A stretch of 64,000 bases of DNA from Bdellovibrionales bacterium (GTDB lineage: Bacteria > Bdellovibrionota > Bdellovibrionia > Bdellovibrionales > JAKFYE01): contig JAKFYE010000018.1 of the NCBI GenBank assembly GCA_021731045.1, positions 3,310 through 67,309 on the forward strand. The letters run 5' to 3'. The notes beneath the pieces were generated by a model. The model ran no database searches, was not told the DNA's origin, and saw nothing but the letters and a program-made list of their open reading frames with translations. Position 1 is the first letter of the stretch. Each line of letters opens with the position of its first letter. The translations under genes and the position numbers were made by a program. This document shows positions 58,879 through 64,000 of the stretch, one piece after another.

Positions 58879-59194
58879 TCTTTAGTAAATCGACTCCATA
58901 CGTAAACGTGCAAATAGTAATGAATATGACCGCCAGTTTTAGAATACTGTAAGGCACTCATTCTCCTTTATAATATTCTTATGTGAAGTATGTCTATTCT
59001 GGATGACCTATAATTTTATCTATAATAAATTATTTATATAAATATCTCAGAAAATTCTGAATGTTCAAAAATCATAGTAGCAGCAAAGAAAGAATGAGTT
59101 AAAAAGAGACTATGATCTCAAGCTTTCCTTGCTGTCGTTGAGTCGTGCACTTCATGTGCTATTTTTACTTCTAATTTACTAAAACCATTGCCTG

Positions 59195-59671
59195 CTAGTT
59201 GAGTCTATTAAACAGATTGCTAATTTGTTTAATTGTAAATGGTTTTGGTAAGAACAGTGGCTTTGACTGAAGATGTTTTGCTTTTTCCATATAAAGTTGT
59301 GGCTGTACGCTGCTTGTTACGACAACGTTTGTCTCAGGATATAAAGCATTTAATCTTTCACAAAATTCAAGACCATCTTGTTCGCCTCGTAAGTAGATAT
59401 CTACGATAGCAAGATCCGGAGCAACCCAGTTGCGTCTTTTTAAAGTTTCAATATGCGTAATAGCGTCTTCTGCTGTACTGAAACTTTTAATGCGTGCGGA
59501 GTTGTTGGAGCCTCTCGCAATGGCTTTAATTAAGCGTGTTGTAGTCATATCATCTTCTAAAATGATAACATCGAAAAATTGGGGAATATCCCATTTATCA
59601 ATGTCAAACATTTCATCGTATCCCCAGTTGATACCTTCGTACGGTGCTGTTGGTATAGTAGTAGTGCTCAT
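59195..59671 (-). CDS. single-domain response regulator (CheY-like receiver)
   Basis: VIILEDD, phospho-acceptor context DLAIVDIYL, VVVTSS, and LPKPFTIKQI. Confidence 0.8.
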   Translation of the reverse strand: MSTTTIPTAPYEGINWGYDEMFDIDKWDIPQFFDVIILEDDMTTTRLIKAIARGSNNSARIKSFSTAEDAITHIETLKRRNWVAPDLAIVDIYLRGEQDGLEFCERLNALYPETNVVVTSSVQPQLYMEKAKHLQSKPLFLPKPFTIKQISNLFNRLN

Positions 59672-59844
59672 CTGTCCCCCCTTATTGGTTCAAATTGAAT
59701 TCATTTTGATTTGTCTAAGCTTAAACCACAAGAGAGCGACTGATATTTAAAGAAATCTCATCAATACAGACTTTTTAAATTAATATTTATAAACAAATTC
59801 TGGATTGCTGTTTATAGAATGTAAATTGTGATTTTTGTTTTGAA

Positions 59845-61413
59845 TTAAGCAGCTTGTAACCACGCCAAATTGTGATTGGCTAAAATTTTATTAATCTCAG
59901 GTACAATTAAACCTTGTTCGGCTTTACCAATTGCGGCGAGATCGCTGAGTATTCCGGGAGATGCGCTCTGATGCTGCAACATAAAGTCTGTAAGATGTTT
60001 TAAGATTTGATGAATTTGTTGAATGCATTCCGGACGAAGCGATGAGCTGGGATATTTAATTAAATAAAAATTCAGCAAGCGTAGACAGACTTTCCAATTA
60101 TTATCTTTTAAACAAAGATTATTAAGGGCGAGTAAATCTTCTTTTCTGACATGGCGTAAAAAACCGATGATGGGAAGATTAAGTGGAATCGCATTTAGAT
60201 AAGTAGTGGCTAATGACGCTTGATTTTCTTTAAGCGCTATCGAGCAGAGAGATGCCGAATATTTGGTTATAAACGCGCGTCCGACTTCGCCATCGGTGTA
60301 CAAGACATTCAGCGAAGCCATGCATCCTGCAGATAAGAATAAATAGTTATCAGGATTTAGTTTCAAACCTCGTGAGCACAACTGCAAGGCTTTTACTGGA
60401 TTATTGGTTTCACGACTCAGCTCTTCGTATAAGGTGCGCTCGTTTCGGTACAAAAATGGACTTGCGAGTCGGTTAAAGATAACTTCTGCCAAGCCTACAA
60501 GGATACCAAATAGGAATCCTAAAGCGTGTGCGGTATGACTGATGCCTGAACCAAGACTTAAAAGTCCCGACATATCTAAAACACAATAGAGAATGGGCAG
60601 AGCCAAGTAGGTTGCAAAATGATAAGAACGACTGGCAAACGGAATAAAAAACTTAAAGTGAAGTGTACGCTTAAAAAAGAGCACAAAAAATAATCCTAAA
60701 ACCGCCATGACTCCGGCAGAAGAACCTAGAATAGGAGTAGAGGTATTGTTATAAATAGCTTCGAAACTCAGCCCGAGTGTATTGCCACCTAAAAATGTAA
60801 TAACAGCTCCGACTTTTGAAGCACGACCTTCTGTAAAAATTAAAAATCCAAATAAAACAAGTAGATTGATAAATAAGTGGAGGTGTCCCGAGTGGATAAA
60901 GCCTGCAAGAGCTAAAGCGTGTAAGCTTTGATTTTGAGAAGAGTAAAGTCCACGATCTTGAATTATTGTGTTTAAATGTGTTTGAATCTTCGTGTTTATT
61001 TCGTTTAATTTTACAAAGGAAGCCAGAGCCATTAAGTCGTCAGGATTTTTTTCTGCGATCTTTTTTACCGACTGAATATATTTAGCAAAACCTGCGTTTT
61101 CTTCACTGTCTAAGAGTGCGGCGAACGTCTCTGCCGCTAAAATAGGCTCATTGTTTTTTAAAACTTGAGCGCTAAAATTGGACAAGGCCTGACAAAACTC
61201 GAGATTGGCGGCGTCTCTAAGGCATTGCTCTTGCGTCACGGCTAAAAGAGCCATCGTGTATTCACGTGATTCATATTTTTGAGTCTTTTCGTTTTCATAG
61301 GAGCTCATCATCCAAAATGACTTAAACGATGTAAAAAACAAAGCTATTGCGAGTGCAATAGTGACGAAGGGAAATTTGGGAATTCGGCCACCAAATCCAA
61401 GAAAGAGAAGCAT
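59845..61413 (-). CDS. rhomboid-family intramembrane serine protease with a C-terminal helical-repeat (TPR-like) extension
   Basis: SGHLHLFINL (H-x3-N region), GSSAGVMAVLG (catalytic GxSxG), and HTAHALGFLFG (catalytic His helix). Confidence 0.75.
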   Translation of the reverse strand: MLLFLGFGGRIPKFPFVTIALAIALFFTSFKSFWMMSSYENEKTQKYESREYTMALLAVTQEQCLRDAANLEFCQALSNFSAQVLKNNEPILAAETFAALLDSEENAGFAKYIQSVKKIAEKNPDDLMALASFVKLNEINTKIQTHLNTIIQDRGLYSSQNQSLHALALAGFIHSGHLHLFINLLVLFGFLIFTEGRASKVGAVITFLGGNTLGLSFEAIYNNTSTPILGSSAGVMAVLGLFFVLFFKRTLHFKFFIPFASRSYHFATYLALPILYCVLDMSGLLSLGSGISHTAHALGFLFGILVGLAEVIFNRLASPFLYRNERTLYEELSRETNNPVKALQLCSRGLKLNPDNYLFLSAGCMASLNVLYTDGEVGRAFITKYSASLCSIALKENQASLATTYLNAIPLNLPIIGFLRHVRKEDLLALNNLCLKDNNWKVCLRLLNFYLIKYPSSSLRPECIQQIHQILKHLTDFMLQHQSASPGILSDLAAIGKAEQGLIVPEINKILANHNLAWLQAA

Positions 61414-61520
61414 AAGAACAAATCGGTTTATACGTCTTGAATCTTAATGAAAGTGTCTCAATACGAGACATAAAACGTAAGAGAAATAGGGCATGAAACG
61501 GAGGCTGTTTGAGCGAGAAG

Positions 61521-62321
61521 TTAGTGTCCTTTTAAGTACTCTTCAACTTGCGAAGTATTCTCAAAAACATCAACGCCATATTTGCGCCAGCCAAAAAACA
61601 CGGACGCTTCGATAAATTTGATTCCGTAATTAGCAGCAAAAAGTCTATCGGAATTACTAAAATGGGTTCCCGGAACGGCGCCCACGTCGTCTTTATTGGC
61701 AACTACCCAATTTCCGTGCTCGTCGTTCTTCTTATAATCGGTACCTTTTTTAAAAGCAGAATCTCCCACCATCAAAGAGTGTTTTTTGTCGATCGTAGCG
61801 GCGCTACCAAAACGAGTTTTTAATATGCGCTCGAGTCGGGTGGCCATACCAATCCCTGGCTTTCGAGTTTCGTCGTCCTTTTCGGAAAAATCATAGCCGT
61901 GAATGACGCCGCCGTCGTTTTCAATACTTTGAATCGTATAGAGCAAGGCTTTGTCGGCTGTTTCGCACGTCACTTTGCCGGCTTGCACGCCGCCTTGATT
62001 CGAAACGATATAGATAAGATAATTAGCAGCGGCTAACTTTTTTAATTCTGCTCCCATGTGCGGCAGTATTCTTACGTCATCAGGGGCATTCGCCGAAACA
62101 CTCCCAGATTTTGAAACTCGTAATGTGCTGTCGGCATCAAAAAAAGCCACTTTGATTTTTGTTTTATTTTTTGGCTGAAAAGCTGGAGATATGGTTTGTC
62201 TAGTGTCTGATAAACACGTGATGGCCTCTTCACCCGAAGGTCGGCGAGAAGATTCTATTTGTGGTGGAGTCGACGCACATGCAACAGTCAAAAAAGAAAA
62301 AAGTAGAATCAGTTTTTTCAT
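61521..62321 (-). CDS. HAD-IIIA family phosphatase lipoprotein (polynucleotide-kinase-3'-phosphatase-like)
   Basis: Lipobox TVACAS. DxDxT motif FFDADSTL, IVSNQGG, and GDSAFKKGTD. AAGGAG RBS. Lies 16 nt downstream of the GGDEF-like gene. Confidence 0.7.
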   Translation of the reverse strand: MKKLILLFSFLTVACASTPPQIESSRRPSGEEAITCLSDTRQTISPAFQPKNKTKIKVAFFDADSTLRVSKSGSVSANAPDDVRILPHMGAELKKLAAANYLIYIVSNQGGVQAGKVTCETADKALLYTIQSIENDGGVIHGYDFSEKDDETRKPGIGMATRLERILKTRFGSAATIDKKHSLMVGDSAFKKGTDYKKNDEHGNWVVANKDDVGAVPGTHFSNSDRLFAANYGIKFIEASVFFGWRKYGVDVFENTSQVEEYLKGH

Positions 62322-62337
62322 ATGGAGATCTCCTTAA

Positions 62338-63858
62338 TTATTTTTTTGGAGCCGGGACGGGGAGTGATACAGGAGGTACGGCACGTAAATCACGAGTGCC
62401 TGTTGCAGTAGCTCCTGCCGGATTATATTTTTGTGATGTTTGTCCGACAGCTTGTTTATAAAACCCTTTATTTGTCGCGAGTTGCGAATTTGCACGCGTA
62501 CTGACTTCGGCTAAAGAATCTGTTACAGTCGCAGTAGCTGAACCGGTACTTACTGAGGCTTTATAAGAGGCCATATCGCTAACAGCGCCAAGGTGTTGTA
62601 AAAGAATTTTGGGTTTAGACGTTGTAAAGTTCTCTGCTGTAAGTCCTGGATTTGTTCCTATTAAGGATTTCTGAAGATTTTCGGGGAGTTCATTCAAGTT
62701 TTTTGCAAGGTTGATAAGCTGATAGTTATTTCTGAGTGATACTCTTTGTGCAAGAAATGCGGATTCGGCATCTCTGCTCTGAGAAACCGCTTTAGTTATA
62801 TTCTCAAGCTGTAGTTTGACACCCTCAGGACTTGTGCCTTGAAACAAAACATAAAATTCATCACCTTTACTTTTTACAACGAGAGCATCTTCACCCACAT
62901 TTTCACGAATAATTTTGGCAACTGACTGAATATACTGATCACCACCCTCATATCCTTTAACAAAAAAGTTTGCGCGCCCGAGGTCGTTGATATCCACAAT
63001 AGCAAGTGTAGTCGGTTTTTCGGAGGGGCTGTATTTGATGATAGATTGAATAACATTTTTAAATCGTGGATTCATCTCCACCATTCGATTTACTTCATCA
63101 ATGGGCGTGGTATATTCACGTCTATCGTTCAGCACATCAATAACTTTATATGTTTCATTTCCGTCAGCCGTTATTCCAGAAATGATTTCGTATTCAGGTG
63201 TTGTGATACTGACTTTAGCTTTTCTGAGACGAGTAAAAAAATAACCTTCATGCTGAAGCATTTCAATAAGCTTAAGTTTAGAATACTTTGCATATTTAAC
63301 AAGCTTGTCGCCTGTAAGCATAGGGCAAACGACTTCCAGTGTTTTTTTCAGGGGTTGGCAAACGAAACCTGAAGCTTCATTAACAAAAATATCATCTAAC
63401 ATTTTCAAGAGTGCTAAGAAGGCTTTGCTACGCTCTTCGATAATCTGTAGGCCACCTCGACAATTGTGAATCGCGTCTTTATGATGGGCATAAGCTTCTG
63501 CGCGAAACTTTTCATTTGGCGAAAGGGTTTTAATGGCTAACTCAGCATCTAGTGCATATCTGCACATGGCTTCTTCTCCATCTTTTGCGACGCTTTTAGG
63601 AATTTGAGCGAGCGCGCCGATGCCTTTAGCCGAATCATAGACTGAACCGAAACATCCTTTGAGTATATTTTCGTAAAAAAAGTTAGAAAGTCTTTGTAAC
63701 GCAGTACGATCTAAATCCCCTTTATAAAACTCTTCGCAAAGATCGACATAATCGTTCACCATTTTTGTTACAACGCCATCTTCAGCACAAGCAGCTTTTG
63801 AGGTAGAGCTAACAAAGAAAACGTGGAATAGGATGGCAAAAACAAGTAGTCGCTTCAC
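62338..63858 (-). CDS. exported protein with a C-terminal GGDEF-like (nucleotidyl cyclase fold) domain
   Basis: Signal peptide MKRLLVFAILFHVFFVSSTSKA. LAIVDINDLGRANFFVKGYEGGDQYIQSVAKIIRENVGEDALVVKSKGDEFYVLFQG aligns by eye with PleD-type LLIDIDFFKKINDTFGHDIGDEVL...CRYGGEEFVVIMP. Confidence 0.6.
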   Translation of the reverse strand: MKRLLVFAILFHVFFVSSTSKAACAEDGVVTKMVNDYVDLCEEFYKGDLDRTALQRLSNFFYENILKGCFGSVYDSAKGIGALAQIPKSVAKDGEEAMCRYALDAELAIKTLSPNEKFRAEAYAHHKDAIHNCRGGLQIIEERSKAFLALLKMLDDIFVNEASGFVCQPLKKTLEVVCPMLTGDKLVKYAKYSKLKLIEMLQHEGYFFTRLRKAKVSITTPEYEIISGITADGNETYKVIDVLNDRREYTTPIDEVNRMVEMNPRFKNVIQSIIKYSPSEKPTTLAIVDINDLGRANFFVKGYEGGDQYIQSVAKIIRENVGEDALVVKSKGDEFYVLFQGTSPEGVKLQLENITKAVSQSRDAESAFLAQRVSLRNNYQLINLAKNLNELPENLQKSLIGTNPGLTAENFTTSKPKILLQHLGAVSDMASYKASVSTGSATATVTDSLAEVSTRANSQLATNKGFYKQAVGQTSQKYNPAGATATGTRDLRAVPPVSLPVPAPKK

Positions 63859-64000
63859 ATAGTTATTTTATGGTTTAGAACGCAGCTCGTATATAGACCT
63901 CGACCAAAAATAGTCGAGGTCTAGAAAGATTAAGTCCTATATCGAATTTTCGATTATCCACTTTATCTTCATCGGTCCCATCTTTTTTGTAGCTGGAGAG

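Overview
Bacterial chromosomal window with about 55 protein genes and one tRNA. The gene content (many exported hydrolases and lipoproteins, a DUF222/HNH-type selfish gene, MacAB-TolC, a BMP-family nucleoside-type ABC importer) suggests a Bdellovibrio-like or Oligoflexia-type Gram-negative, but this taxonomic guess is inference only. Housekeeping blocks: xerD-comM-tRNA-Cys (1.0-3.7 kb); sucA-sucB-lpdA (29.5-34.9 kb) followed by kynA, a PLD-family protein, an nrnA-bfd operon and greA; ABC-F ATPase, ampG and a BMP ABC importer (45.5-52.9 kb); then an acyltransferase, an rcnA-like Ni/Co exporter, receiver proteins and a rhomboid. Four accessory or unusual parts stand out. (i) An ~11-kb integrative element sits at the 3' end of tRNA-Cys (3709-14737), with a 12-bp direct repeat, integrase, excisionase-like HTH and Prim-Pol/DUF3987-like primase. 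Its cargo includes an XRE regulator, an S9 peptidase lipoprotein, and an orphan operon of a 292-aa soluble protein plus a 219-aa four-TM protein behind a perfect 10-bp inverted repeat. That operon is my best candidate for an undescribed, defence-like system. (ii) A 2.2-kb non-coding mosaic of structured repeats (42998-45166) carries five copies of the palindrome ACCTGTCG-NN-CGACAGGT, GC hairpins and a 154-bp tandem duplication. Inverted ~170-230-bp units within it bracket a truncated HNH-family gene. (iii) An exported GGDEF-like protein is co-operonic with a PNK-3'-phosphatase-like HAD lipoprotein. (iv) A long bipartite hairpin lies in the 648-bp AT-rich region upstream of sucA. I saw no CRISPR array, rRNA or complete IS element. 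All homology calls rest on motifs recognised by eye in the supplied translations; no searches were run.
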